From assembly GCF_963921235.1 (NCBI RefSeq), contig NC_086097.1, positions 232,006,001 through 232,070,000 of the forward strand: 64,000 nucleotides of DNA. The letters are read 5' to 3'. This DNA comes from Mobula hypostoma. Its lineage: Eukaryota. Positions 12,741-23,343 of this stretch are shown one piece after another. Both the position numbers and the translations under genes were made by a program. The notes under the pieces were generated by a model. It did not search any database. It was not told where the DNA came from and saw only the letters and a program-made list of their open reading frames with translations. Position 1 is the stretch's first letter. Every line of letters begins with the position of its first letter.

Positions 12741-13967
12741 TTGTTTGTAAAGGCAGTTTCTCATGATTCTATTGTGTTCCTGTGCATTCACTGTGAATGC
12801 CCACAAGAAAGTGAATGTCGGCGTAGTATATGGTGACAAAAATGTGCTTTAATAATAAGTCTACTTTGAATTTTGAAACACAGTGGGTCAGGCAGCATCT
12901 GTAGAAAGGAAAAGCGATTAGCATTTCAGGTGCAGCACCCTTCGTTCCAGCACTTGCTGTTTCTATTTCAAAATGTTTTGTGTTGCAGGATAAAACAGGT
13001 AAGTACAAAGAAGGTCAAGGAAATAAAATGTGAAGCAATCTAGTATTTTGAAGGTGTTACTACGGGAAATAAACAAAGTTGAAATGCCAAATATCCATGC
13101 AAAGGAAACAATTCTGTCTGGAGCTTTTTAAGACGCTGAAGGTGACAGTACATTAAACAGGTGATAAAAGCTGAAAGAAGTGCTTCATTTCTTTTGCTGA
13201 AGCTCAGGTGATGAGAGATGGAAATATTGCTGAATTGTACAACCATAGGCTTTTCAATTCTTTTTACAAGCTTACTGTCAATGACACCAAACATATTTAT
13301 GCCTAGATGAATTAAAAAGTGAAGCTATATGTATAATACATAACCTAAAAAGGAAACCGTTAAATGTCTTGCAAGCTGGTTGACCTGATAATACCTTTCT
13401 CCAATAATGATGAATGCAGTCTCACACAGCAAATGTCTGATCAGGAACACTTTGATAACCTGCACAAAGATAAACATAGATCGTTACATCCTAGTTTAAG
13501 ATATTTTGGTATTTGGCTTTTAAAGCATTGGGCATGATGCCAACACACACCAGGGATGCATAAACAGAAAGTTTACTTTTCAGGACATTATGGATCTGTT
13601 AGTGAACATGCAACAATTTTTATTGATTGAATTTCCTTAAACAAAGTGCTCAGAGCTTATATATATACACACCATTTTTTAGGTTATCAGATGTCATTTT
13701 GTGTTTGGTACCTTCTTTTGCCAATAGAGTCACCAAAACAAGGTTTCTCCTGATATTTCAAGGACCCCCACCATTCAGGCTGTTCTCACTTCACTCTACT
13801 ACCATCGGGCAGGAAGTACAGGAGCGTTTGGTCTGATGTAACCAGGTTCAGGTATAGGTATTACCCTAAAACCATCCTGAAGTGGTGTGGATAACTTCAC
13901 ACACCTCAACTCTGAACTGATTCCACAACTTACAGATTCAGTTACAAGGACTCTCATATTCACAGTA

Positions 13968-14530
13968 AGAGTGTATGGGGTGTCAGGGAGGGGTAGCACC
14001 TCTGGTGGGGGAACATGTCACGTCCTTTTCAGGGCGGTTAGTCCACCTTTGGTCCCCACCTGGCACTCAGGTCTCACCTGTGGCTCCCCGTAGCTGTTTG
14101 CATGTGACAGCGGCCACACCCCGGGCAATGGCTTCGACAAGCCGGCTAAACCAGGTGAGGGTAGCCGACGGGTCTCAAACCCTCAGTGAGATAGGGAGTT
14201 GTCTATCCCAGCATGTGAAGACAGACTCCGGCAGATTGAGCGGACGAGACCAATGGAAGGTCCAACGGTCAAGAAGGCGGTCTCTGCAAGCGTCGTGGAA
14301 CGTGTAGAGCAGTACAAGACACAGAAGGCGTCCTGGTCATCCACTGCGCCTAGTCCCATCTCCAGCCGTCTCGACTCTGTCTTGCCACTGGATCCAGATG
14401 GGAATTGGGAAGAGAGAGTGAGGCTGACGCTGCGCAACTCTCCCTCACTTAAATCCAAATCACGCACTAGTCTCGACACCAGCATAATGGTGTCGAGGTC
14501 CTCATCGACGTCAATGATGGACGAACAACC
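13968..14530 (+). mobile_element. Non-autonomous, non-coding retroelement (RTE-like SINE) carrying a 5' HDV-like ribozyme
   Basis: Flanked by a perfect 10-bp TSD attcacagta (13958-13967 and 14531-14540). GC/CpG-rich, acaac-type tail, no RT ORF. Confidence 0.8.
13977..14159 (+). ncRNA. HDV-like self-cleaving ribozyme (nested double pseudoknot)
   Basis: P1 ggggtgt 13977-83 / acacccc 14116-22; P2 ctcacctgt 14073-81 / a(c)caggtgag 14150-59; P3 ggc 14082-84 / gcc 14113-15; L3 starts tccccg; P1.1 cc 14086-87 / gg 14123-24; gcaa linker; P4 tggctt-cgac-aagccg; J4/2 gctaa with catalytic-position C14146. Confidence 0.8.
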
Positions 14531-15364
14531 ATTCACAGTATCATTTTTCCCTTATTTGCACTAATTGTCTTCTTTTCAACATTTATTGTTTGTCAGTCTT
14601 TGTTTATGTATAGTTTTTCAACAGTTCTGTTGTATTTCTTTATTTTCCTGTAAATGCCTGCAAGAAAATGATTCTCAGGGCTGTATATAGTGGCATATAC
14701 ATACTTACTTAGTAGGTACACAGGAGATCTATTGTACAATTAACTGATGTTGGGAGTGATTAGATGTGAGCCAAATTCTCAGAACCCTACCAACTATTTG
14801 TCATTTATTTTCTTTTTTGGGTGACATTGTCTTTTAAAGACTCTACAACTCATGTTCTCAGCCTAATTTATTAACTATTAATTATTATTCTTTTTTTTTG
14901 TATCTACACAGCTTGTCTTCTACTAAGAATATATGGGATTATGGAATTCAGGTTACAGATCAGAGAAGCTATGATTTTAATGAATACCGTTGCACAGCTG
15001 GATGGGAGTTGAGGGAGGAGGAGGCAATTGGTTTAAACTTGCTCCAATTTCACAAAATGTGTCAGTGATAATAAATTTGACTTATTCTGATTCAAATTGT
15101 ATTTTGTTAATTGGCTCAACAAGATAGTTTTTGCAAAACGTTGCATGCAGAGAAAAAGCTGGAAAGGCAGTGAAGTTCATGGAGGGATTTCAAAGCATTC
15201 AAAGGACACATTTCCTGTAATATTTCCCATTCCAGTTTTCCTTTCCATTTCTCTGATCTTCTTGATTTGCAGTTTTATTGTGAGCCTGGTATTTATCTGT
15301 GTCAAACTTTAATTCCTTTTCCTGCTGAAGTACTGCAATCACTCCTTCAGACATTTTCAGGCCT

Positions 15365-15893
15365 GCTGTTGGTTGGAGTCAACTATGGATGTTGCACCCC
15401 AGCTGTCTGCACGATAAGCATGCCAGTACACAAGCAGGCGAGTATGATGTGGCGAGCAAACTGTCGCCTATATAGCAGGCTCCCCCTCTCCATACAGCTG
15501 ATGAATCCAAAGGAATGGCAGGGACTGGTATGTTTGGCCACCAGCGACATTGCAGGAGTTGCCAGTCTGTGCTGAACTCGAAGTAGGGCTGCCTTAGGGA
15601 CTCCAACTCTGGATTTTTCCTCTGGACTGACTCGCGAAGCCTTCCCACAAGTGGGAGGTTTGAGATCATAGATTTCTTCTCCGAGATAAGCCACCAACGA
15701 CGGCTGATGAGCCCCATCTGCCCGTTTTAAGGTGCCATAACCTTCCTTTGCCCCTTCTCCTGTCAGTAGAAATGGTTCCGCCCGGTTTGGTAGTTAAGCC
15801 ACACGTAAAGGCCAGGAGCTGGGCTTGGTTGTCAGAGGGCATTTGGGCATCATTAGGACCTTATCTCTTCTACCACCCCTGGCTATACCAACC
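15365..15893 (-). mobile_element. Non-autonomous RTE-like element with a possible degenerate HDV-like fold at its 5' end
   Basis: (caac)n-type tail on the - strand, GC-rich non-coding body, and ctcctg…ctga-caggag pairing near the 5' end. Part of the body is homologous to 22625-22710. Confidence 0.6.
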
Positions 15894-16385
15894 TTAAGGA
15901 ACTTCTCAACATTTTGTACAGAAAATTACTACACAGAGGCAGTAACAGGAAGCTCAGGAAAAACTCATCAGGGCAGGAAAGAGAAACACTAGGCATTTCA
16001 GGTTAAAGGCATTTCATCACCTTTAGAACCAGTTTTAAGACTGTAATCCTTGGTTTTAGAATACTATCAGAGGAAATAATTCATCATCCAAACTGTCAAG
16101 CTCCTTAACCACTATCCAGTTAGAATGACGCAGGCATGAGGCACGATTAAGATGACGGGAAGATTCCCAATGTGTTCTGGTCATGTTGTGACTGAGAAAA
16201 GATACAGGAGGATTGCTTGTTTCGGGAGAAGAATGTCATTAAAAGGTTATACCCCGCTGATCTCATAGGCATTGAAATGAAGGAGCCCATCTTCCAATGA
16301 GACCTACAAAAATCTGCCAAAGGATGTGGTGGTGACTGAGCTATTCCTGAGCTCTCAGGCTGGGAAGTGTCCAATGAACCTATAG

Positions 16386-16485
16386 CAACACACACAAAAT
16401 GCTGGAGGAACTCAGCAGGCCAGGCAGCATCTATGGAAAAGAGTAAACAGTCAACGTTTTGGGCTGAGACCCTTCAGCAGGACTT
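16386..16485 (-). mobile_element. Penelope-like 3' fragment with decayed hammerhead
   Basis: caacacacacaaaatgctggaggaactcagcagg…gtcaacgttttgggctgagacccttcagcaggact. Confidence 0.75.
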
Positions 16486-16494
16486 AACTGTTTA

Positions 16495-17893
16495 TTCTTT
16501 TTTGTTCAAAAACAGTAGTAGGTATAGTCTGGGTAATTATAGACCAGTGAGCCTTACGTCTGTGGTGGGAAAGCTGTTGGAAAAAAATTCTTAGAGATAG
16601 GATCTATGGGCATTTAGAGAATCATGGTCTTATCAGGGACAGTCAGCATGGCTTTGTGAAGGGCAGATCATGTCTAACAAGCTTGATAGAGTTCTTTATG
16701 TGACCAGGCACATAGATGAGGGTAGTGCAGTGGATGTGATCTATATGGATTTTAGTAAGGCATCTGACAAGGTTCCACACGGTAGGCTTATTCAGAAAGT
16801 CAGAAGGCATGGGATCCAGGGAAGTTTGGCCAGGTGGGTTCAGAATTGGCTTGCCTTCAGAAGGCAGAGGGTAGTGGTGGAGGGAGTACATTCAGATTGG
16901 AGGATTGTGACCTGTGGTGTCCCACAAGGATCTATTCTGGGACCTCTACTTTTCGTGATTTTTATTAACGACCTGGATGTGGATGTAGAAGGGTGGGTTG
17001 GCAAGTTTGCAGATGACACAAAGGTTGGTGGTGTTGTAGACAGTGTAGAGGATTGTCAAAGATTGCAGAGAGACATTGATAGGATGCAGAAGTGGGCTGA
17101 GAAGTGGCAGATGGAGTTCAACCCAGAGAAGTGTGAGGTGGTACACTTTGGAAGGACAAACTCCAAGGCAGAGTACAAAGTAAATGGCAGGATACTTGGT
17201 AGTGTGGAGGAGCAGAGGGATCTGGGGTACATGTCCACAGATCCCTGAAAGTTGCCTCACAGGTAGATAGGGTAGTTAAGAAAGCTTATGGGGTGTTAGC
17301 TTTCATAAGTCAAGGGATAGAGTTTAAAAGTGTCGGGGTATTGATGCAGCTCTATAAAACTCTGGTTAGGCCACGCTTGGAGTACTATGTCCAGTTCTGG
17401 TCACTTCACTATAGGAAGGATGTGAAAGCTTTGGAAAGGGTACAGATTTACCAGGATGCTGCCTGGTTTAGAGAGTATGCATTGCGATCAGAGATTAGGG
17501 GAGCTAGGACTTTACTCTTTGGAGAGAGGGAGGATAAGAGGAGATATGATAGAGGTATACAAGATATTAAGAGGAATAGATAGGGTGGATAGCCAGCGCG
17601 TCTTCCCCAGGGCACCACTGCTCAATACAAGAGGAGATGGCTTTAAGGTAAGGGGTGGGAAGTTCAAGGGGGATATTAGAGGAAGGTTTTTCACTCAGAG
17701 AGTGGTTGGTGCGTGGAATGCACTGCCTGAGTCAGTGGTGGAGGCAGATACACTAGTGAAATTTAAGAGACTACTAGACAGGTATATGGAGGAATTTAAG
17801 GTGGGGGTTATATGGGAGGTAGGGTTTAAGGGTCGGCACAACATTGTGGGCCGAAGGGCCTGTACTGTGCTGTACTATTCTATGTTCAATGTT
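16495..17893 (+). mobile_element. 5'-truncated CR1 LINE, reverse-transcriptase pseudogene
   Basis: ORFs 16367-16594 (NYRPVSLTSVVGKLLE), 16670-17248 (YMDFSKA…GVPQGSILGP…KFADDTK), 17293-17583 and 17456-17908, with frameshifts and a (ttctatg)-type tail. Confidence 0.95.
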
Positions 17894-18034
17894 CCAGCAA
17901 ATCTTTGAACTTCAAAGATTTTCACAAGCATTTAGTTAAAGTGAAAACTGATAACTGAATGCCTGGGATGGGCGTCCCACGGGATGCCAAAGTTGTTCTG
18001 TCTGGACAGTCAGTGGGTTACATATCTTTTTAAA

Positions 18035-18285
18035 AAAGATTAGCTTTATTTGTCGCATGTGCATCAAACATACAGTACATTGAAATAATTCAATTGCACC
18101 AGCGACGGTCTGAATATGAACTGAGGAGCAGCCCGCAAGGGTCACCATGCTTCCTGCACCAGCATTGCCTGCCCATAACTTACTAATTCAAACCCTTGTA
18201 CATCATTGGAATGTGGGAGGAAACTGGAGCACCCGGAGGAAACCCAGGTGGCCATGGGGAGAAGATACAATCTCCTTACGGGAAC
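18035..18285 (-). mobile_element. V-SINE variant
   Basis: gggaggaaactggagcacccggaggaaaccca is the reverse complement of the V-domain. Tail shared with 56085-56205. Confidence 0.7.
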
Positions 18286-18417
18286 TTACACAAATGCCCT
18301 TGCAAACCTATTTCAGCACATCATCCTTCACATAAAAGTGCCTTGTAGCTGCATCCATTCAGTGACTACCTGTACACTTTGTACTGTACAGCTACTGTAT
18401 AATATGGGACTACTTTA

Positions 18418-18576
18418 TGTTGTAGGGACACGTCGTTGCATGCGCTATTAGGCACGCATTGATCTGTACGTGTGTGTTCAGGTCGGTTTCAGTCAGTAAA
18501 GAACCCTGTTAACTTAGCTCCTGTCTCCAGCATTTTTATTGATAGCTTTGTTGTGTAACCCGACCACATACACAAC
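18418..18576 (+). mobile_element. Possible short solo LTR
   Basis: tgttgt…acaaca terminal inverted ends and an internal agtaaa signal. No TSD found. Confidence 0.35.
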
Positions 18577-18959
18577 ACGCTTGGACGAGAACAGGGCTGA
18601 TTTTAATATTTAAGTCCTTTGCTTTCATCCATTTTCTGCCATTCAGGGATGTCCATGTACAAGATGTGTATTAATCCATGCTGGCTTGCATTTGCTTACA
18701 GTGTGCCTTGGTGGAGGATCTCTTGACAAACTGACAAGCCTTGCAATCTTCTACTATGAGTGTTGGCAGGGAATATCTCTCTACATTTTGCAAAGCTGTT
18801 CCAAGATTATGCATTGTCTATTTTCATTTCCAGAGAGCTTTCTTTTGCTCCCAGTTGGCACTAGCTATACTGAAGCAGTTGCTTAGCACATTTTTAACTA
18901 AAGGGTGATATTTTGCCTCTTGTGGCACCTTTACATAGGGGCTGTAAACAGGGTTTTGT

Positions 18960-19260
18960 TAATTCACCTTCTCCAAGGATCGTCGCCTTGTTGTGGTGAA
19001 GAGGCTTCTGAGTTCCTGAGATGCCAAGAACGAAACCTCCTGGAGCTTAGCTCCTGGCGGGTTCTCCCATGGCAGTGAGGTCAAAGGGGAGGATCCAGGC
19101 AAAGAACGATCAAAGTGGTGGAGGTGGAGAAAGATGATGACACAGTGGAGGCAGGGGAAGGGTCCCCAGTCATCTTGCATACCCTGGCTTCAATCTGTCA
19201 AGGACCGTGCAGTGGCTTCCCATGCACCAGCCTCCTCACGTAGGGACATCCTCCATTAAC
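18960..19260 (+). mobile_element. RTE-type (Expander/BovB-like) leader-derived non-autonomous element
   Basis: gatcgtcgccttgttgtggtgaagaggctt…cccatggca…aggtcaaagggga…aaagaacgatc has the same motif order as 41474-41623. Confidence 0.6.
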
Positions 19261-20166
19261 GGAATAATCCAGGGTCAAATTTCAAACTCAATTTGAGTGA
19301 TCGCACTATTCCTTTGTTAATTTATACAATAACACCCTCAGGGTCTTGGACGAAAGATGTGTTTTCTTGCGTGACTATGTTCTTTTTTTTCCCGCCTTGC
19401 TATTTTGCACACGTGTGTATGTTTTGTACCTTGGTCCCAATGGAATGTTGTCTTGTTTGGCTATATTCATGTATGGTTTGAATGATAATTAAACTTGATT
19501 TAATTTCACAATAAATCCAATTGAAAACAAACCTTTTTGTGGATTTTATCTGACTTTTGTAATACTACTATATTTTTTTAAACAATTCTCCCTTTTAATT
19601 CTTTAATCAGATTGGTGGTACATTACTTAATGGGTGTTTTATTTTCAGTAGTAGATTTTATTCCAAAGTATCAGGGCACAACTGTTTTTGAGGAAATGGT
19701 GGCTCCAACAGGTCTTTGCCTGTGTGCCGGAGCTGCACAATCTCTGTGTAATAGTCGGGGAAGCATAACTTGTCATCATTTGTCCTTTTATCAGCTGGAC
19801 CTGGTCAGTGTCCTGCTATAGAAGGCCATGTTAATTTATGTCCAGGCTGTGTACATTTACTTATCTGCAGTGCGACTGGCTGTGGTGCTCAGTCAGACTG
19901 GCTCCTCCACAGGCTGCTAGACTCTTCCTGCCTGTAGGAATAAGTGGAAGCTAGCTGTTCTTCTCCTGCCAAGTTGCTAAGTCATAATAATAACAACCGC
20001 AAAGGGAGCACCAAAGGCATTGATTGTCTCAGCAGTCTTGGACTCGAAGCAAGCGCTTGCGTCCTCAATCACGCATGCTCGCATTCTGTAAAGAGCACCT
20101 TCATTCAAATAAAGTGAAATTAAGCACAATTATTGCCCAATATTTGTTTGAATATTTGTTAGTGTT

Positions 20167-20370
20167 GGGCACGTGGCCAAGTGGTTAAGGCGCTCGTCTA
20201 GTGATTTGAAGGTCACTAGTTCGAGCCTCAGCTGTGGCAGCGTGTTTGTGTCCCTGAGCAAGGCACTTAACCACACATTGCTCTTGTCTGTGCGAGGAGT
20301 GGCACCCCACACAGACTTCCAATCTGTGCCTTGTGAGGCACGAAAATGCCTGACGCAGGCCTCTCATGGC
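20167..20370 (+). mobile_element. tRNA-derived SINE with CORE-like central domain
   Basis: A box tggccaagtgg, B box gttcgagcc, then gtgtccctgagcaaggcacttaacc (CORE-like). No tRNA acceptor stem. Confidence 0.8.
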
Positions 20371-20394
20371 CCCTCCCCTCCCCTTTGTTTGAAA

Positions 20395-20735
20395 CTCAAC
20401 CAGAATCAGAACCAAGTTTATTATCGTTGTCATATGTTTTGAAACTTGATGTTTCAGCAGTACAGTGCAGTATTAATAAACCTGATTCTGGTTCTGTAAG
20501 CTGCAATAAAAAGTTCAGTATAAAAAATGAGTATGAAAATAATGCAAAGACTGAACAAAATAGTGAGATAGTTTCATGGGTTCATGGTCCGTTGAGATAT
20601 CTGATGGTGGAGGGGAAGAAGCTCTTCTTAAAACATTGAGCATGCATCTTCAGGCTCCTGTGCCTCCTCCCTGATAGAAGCAATGAGGAGAGGCTGTGTC
20701 CTTGATGGTGATCATGCTTCATAATGGATGCCATT
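20395..20735 (-). mobile_element. Rex1/L2-type LINE 3' fragment
   Basis: (tctgat/tctggt)-type tail on the - strand plus a decayed LSGR-type coding remnant. Similar to 52300-52620. Confidence 0.55.
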
Positions 20736-21539
20736 ATTTCAGTCTGAATTTCTATTGTATTCTTCCAAATACTGAAATTAATGCAGTGGCTAAATTGCTC
20801 AGCTCTTGGGGTTACTTTAATGGATTAATATGTTTACTGTGGTTCATTGACTGCATCTTGTAGAAGGCCACATAGTACCTTTTCCTCGGTGTGAGATACA
20901 GGTATTCACATTACTGTTAAAGGCTAAAGGCAGGTTTCAGACTCATTGAGAGTTAAAATGTTTCCTGTCAATTTTCCTTCCACCTTCTGCAGTAGTAATG
21001 TTGCATTATTTTATTTTGGGCACAGTGCATAATGTTCCTCATGTTGATTTCTTCTTGTGTTAAGTAAGGATAACTGTATGAATAGTAAAATCTGACAGGA
21101 CATGGAATGAGATTGAAATGTGCCCCATCCACAATCAGAACTGATTAAGGGAATTCTATTAACTTAGAACAATGAAATATATACTGAAATACTGATTCGC
21201 CTTCCTGATGGAATAGTCTTTGGTTAATCTTAAAGTCAGTCATCGAAAGTCTATCAGTCATCTAAAGAGCCTGTAGTTCCATATGCAATAATACACAAGT
21301 AAACACAATAATTTACTTCCTCTTATGGTCTAAAAGAAACTCAGAAATATGCTATAACAATTACTTTGCCTTGAATTAAACGAGTCCATTCTGTAGATTT
21401 ATCAGAAAGATATTCCAGCCAATCATCAAAAGCATTTTCAAAGCAATTTTATGCTTTTAAAGAAGTGAAAAGTTTGATGTGTTTCTAGTAAAATAAGCTA
21501 ACCATACAGTATTTCATTTTCCATGTGGCAGATAAACGT

Positions 21540-21965
21540 ATCACCATTATGTATTGTGTTGTATGATGTGGGTGATCACAGACTTCCATCTGTCCATGAC
21601 ACACAAAATGCTGGAGGAATCTTGTGTGTGTTGCTTGGATTTCCAGCATCTGCAGACTTTCTTTTGTTTATGACTATGGCTGTTCTTGGCAATTTTTTCT
21701 ACAGAATTGGTTGGCCATTGCCTTCTTCTGGGTAGTGTCCTTACAAGACGGGTGACCCCAGACATTATCAGTGCTGTTCAGAGATCACAAGCCTGGCGTC
21801 AGTGGTCACATAACCAGGACTTGTGATATGCACCAGCTACTCCTACGACTGTCCACCACCTGCTCCCATGGCTTCACGTGACCCTGATCGGGGGGACTAA
21901 GCAGTTTCTACCCTTTGCACCTTACACCTCCTTTGGTAGAGATGTATCTCCACCCCACCACCCAA
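21540..21965 (-). mobile_element. RTE-related SINE interrupted by a small Penelope inverted fragment (about 21598-21670)
   Basis: The - strand contains ccagaagaaggcaatggccaacca, the RTE/BovB-type gagaagg.aatggc.a.ccac motif, and a taatg-type tail. Confidence 0.65.
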
Positions 21966-22070
21966 TTATAACCATATAATTATTCTAATTTCATTATAGT
22001 GTAGGAGAAAGAGTTCAGAGAGTGTAAGTGCCCACAAGGTTTGGTGTCATCCGGCAGCTAATATTATCAA

Positions 22071-22600
22071 AGCAACACTTTCAGTACGCTGGATGAACTC
22101 AGCAGGCAGGGCAGCATCAGTTAGAAATGATGAGTCGACGTTTCGGGCCGGAACCCTTCGTCAGGACTGAAGAATGAAAGATGGAGAAGGATTTGAAGAA
22201 TGCTTGTAGCTTCAGTTGAAAGACCAGTAATTTGAAAGACAAAGGGGTGGGGGAGGGGAAGCATCGACGTCATAGGCAGGAAAACAATGGGTAGTAGAAG
22301 AAGGAGGCGGAACCATGAGGGAGCTGGGGGAGGGGGTAGAGTGAAATAGGGATAGAAGAAGGGAGGGGGAGGGAATTACTGGAAGCTGGAGAGTTCTATG
22401 TTCATACCAAGGGGCCGGAGACTACCTAGACGGTATATGAGGTGTTGCTCCTCCAACCTGAGTTTAGCCTCATCATGACAGTAGAGGAGGCCACGTATGG
22501 ACATATCTGAATGGGAGTGGGAAGCAGAGTTGAAGTGGGTGGCTACCAGGAGATCCTGTCTGTTGTGGCAGACTGAGTGGAGGTGCTCGGCGAAGCGTCT
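22071..22600 (-). mobile_element. Penelope-like element 3' end: GIY-YIG endonuclease C-terminus, polypyrimidine UTR and hammerhead
   Basis: ORF 22376-22714 (RRFAEHL…VATHFNSASHS…RLEEQHLIYRLGSLRPLGMN) is a typical PLE GIY-YIG C-terminal half. Confidence 0.9.
22133..22168 (-). ncRNA. Minimal type I hammerhead ribozyme
   Basis: - strand reads agtc-CTGACGA-a-ggg(ttccgg)ccc-GAAA-cg-TC^gact: complete catalytic core, stems I and II, palindromic minimal stem III. Confidence 0.8.
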
Positions 22601-22744
22601 ACCGTTTGTAAACAACATCAAACTGCCTGAAGGACCCCGACTCCAGATTTCTTCCTCGCGGTTTATTCCCGAAGCTTTTCCCAAGACCGCAAGGCGGATG
22701 AGCCCCACTTGCATAGGTTACGTGTCCATAAAGTGACGCTAGGC

Positions 22745-23318
22745 ACAAGAGTGTCTGTACATAATGTGACTGACGGGAAATAATAAAATTGTGGTGGTTG
22801 GTGGCGTGAAAGGGTGTGTTAGTGGGAGGGGGCCTTACTGGTTGGGGAAAGAAACTGTGGTCCTTGTGTGGATGCTCTATAGCCTCTTCCCTGATGGGAG
22901 TGGCACAAACAGTCTATAAGCAGGGTGGCTGGGATCCTTCATGATGTTACTTGTACTTTTCCTGCACCTTTCCGTATATACTTCCTTGATGGCAGATAAT
23001 CTGGTACCAGTAATGAATTGGGCAGTTTGACCAGCGGTTGTAGATGCAGCATGTTAGCGTGCTCTCTATTGTATATGTGTAGAATGGCATGTATAGATGT
23101 GCGTTGTCCCGCTCTCTTCAGCCTCCTCAGAAATTAAGGGCATTGGTGATCTTTCCTGATTGAGGACTGAGAAGTTGTGTGAGATGTGCACTCCCAGGAG
23201 TTTGAAATTGCTCGCAGTTTCCACTGCTGTGCCGCCAAAGAAGTGTGTGAGTGGTATGAGTTATCCTGAAGTCGATAGGCATGTCCTTTGTTTTGTTGAC
23301 ATTGAGGAAGAGGTTGCA
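22745..23318 (-). mobile_element. Decayed Rex1/Babar-type LINE RT C-terminal fragment
   Basis: Reverse complement encodes a degenerate NVNKTK…FKLLGVHIS…FLRRL motif, as in 45932-47086. Confidence 0.6.
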
Positions 23319-23343
23319 GATTATCTTGAGTTAACATTATCAA

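Larger units (their letters stand above)
13755..14705 (+). mobile_element. Rex1/L2-type LINE 3' end, interrupted by the element at 13968-14530
   Basis: ctaccatcgggcaggaagtacaggag (LPSGR.Y motif) followed by a 3' UTR that resumes after the insert. Confidence 0.6.

Noticed and set aside
13975..14564. Overlapping 110-121-aa ORFs on both strands
   Set aside because: They lie within a GC-rich non-coding retroelement, show no recognisable domain and in part cross the element boundary.
20167..20245. tRNA gene
   Set aside because: A and B boxes are present, but there is no proper acceptor stem and it continues into a SINE core and tail.
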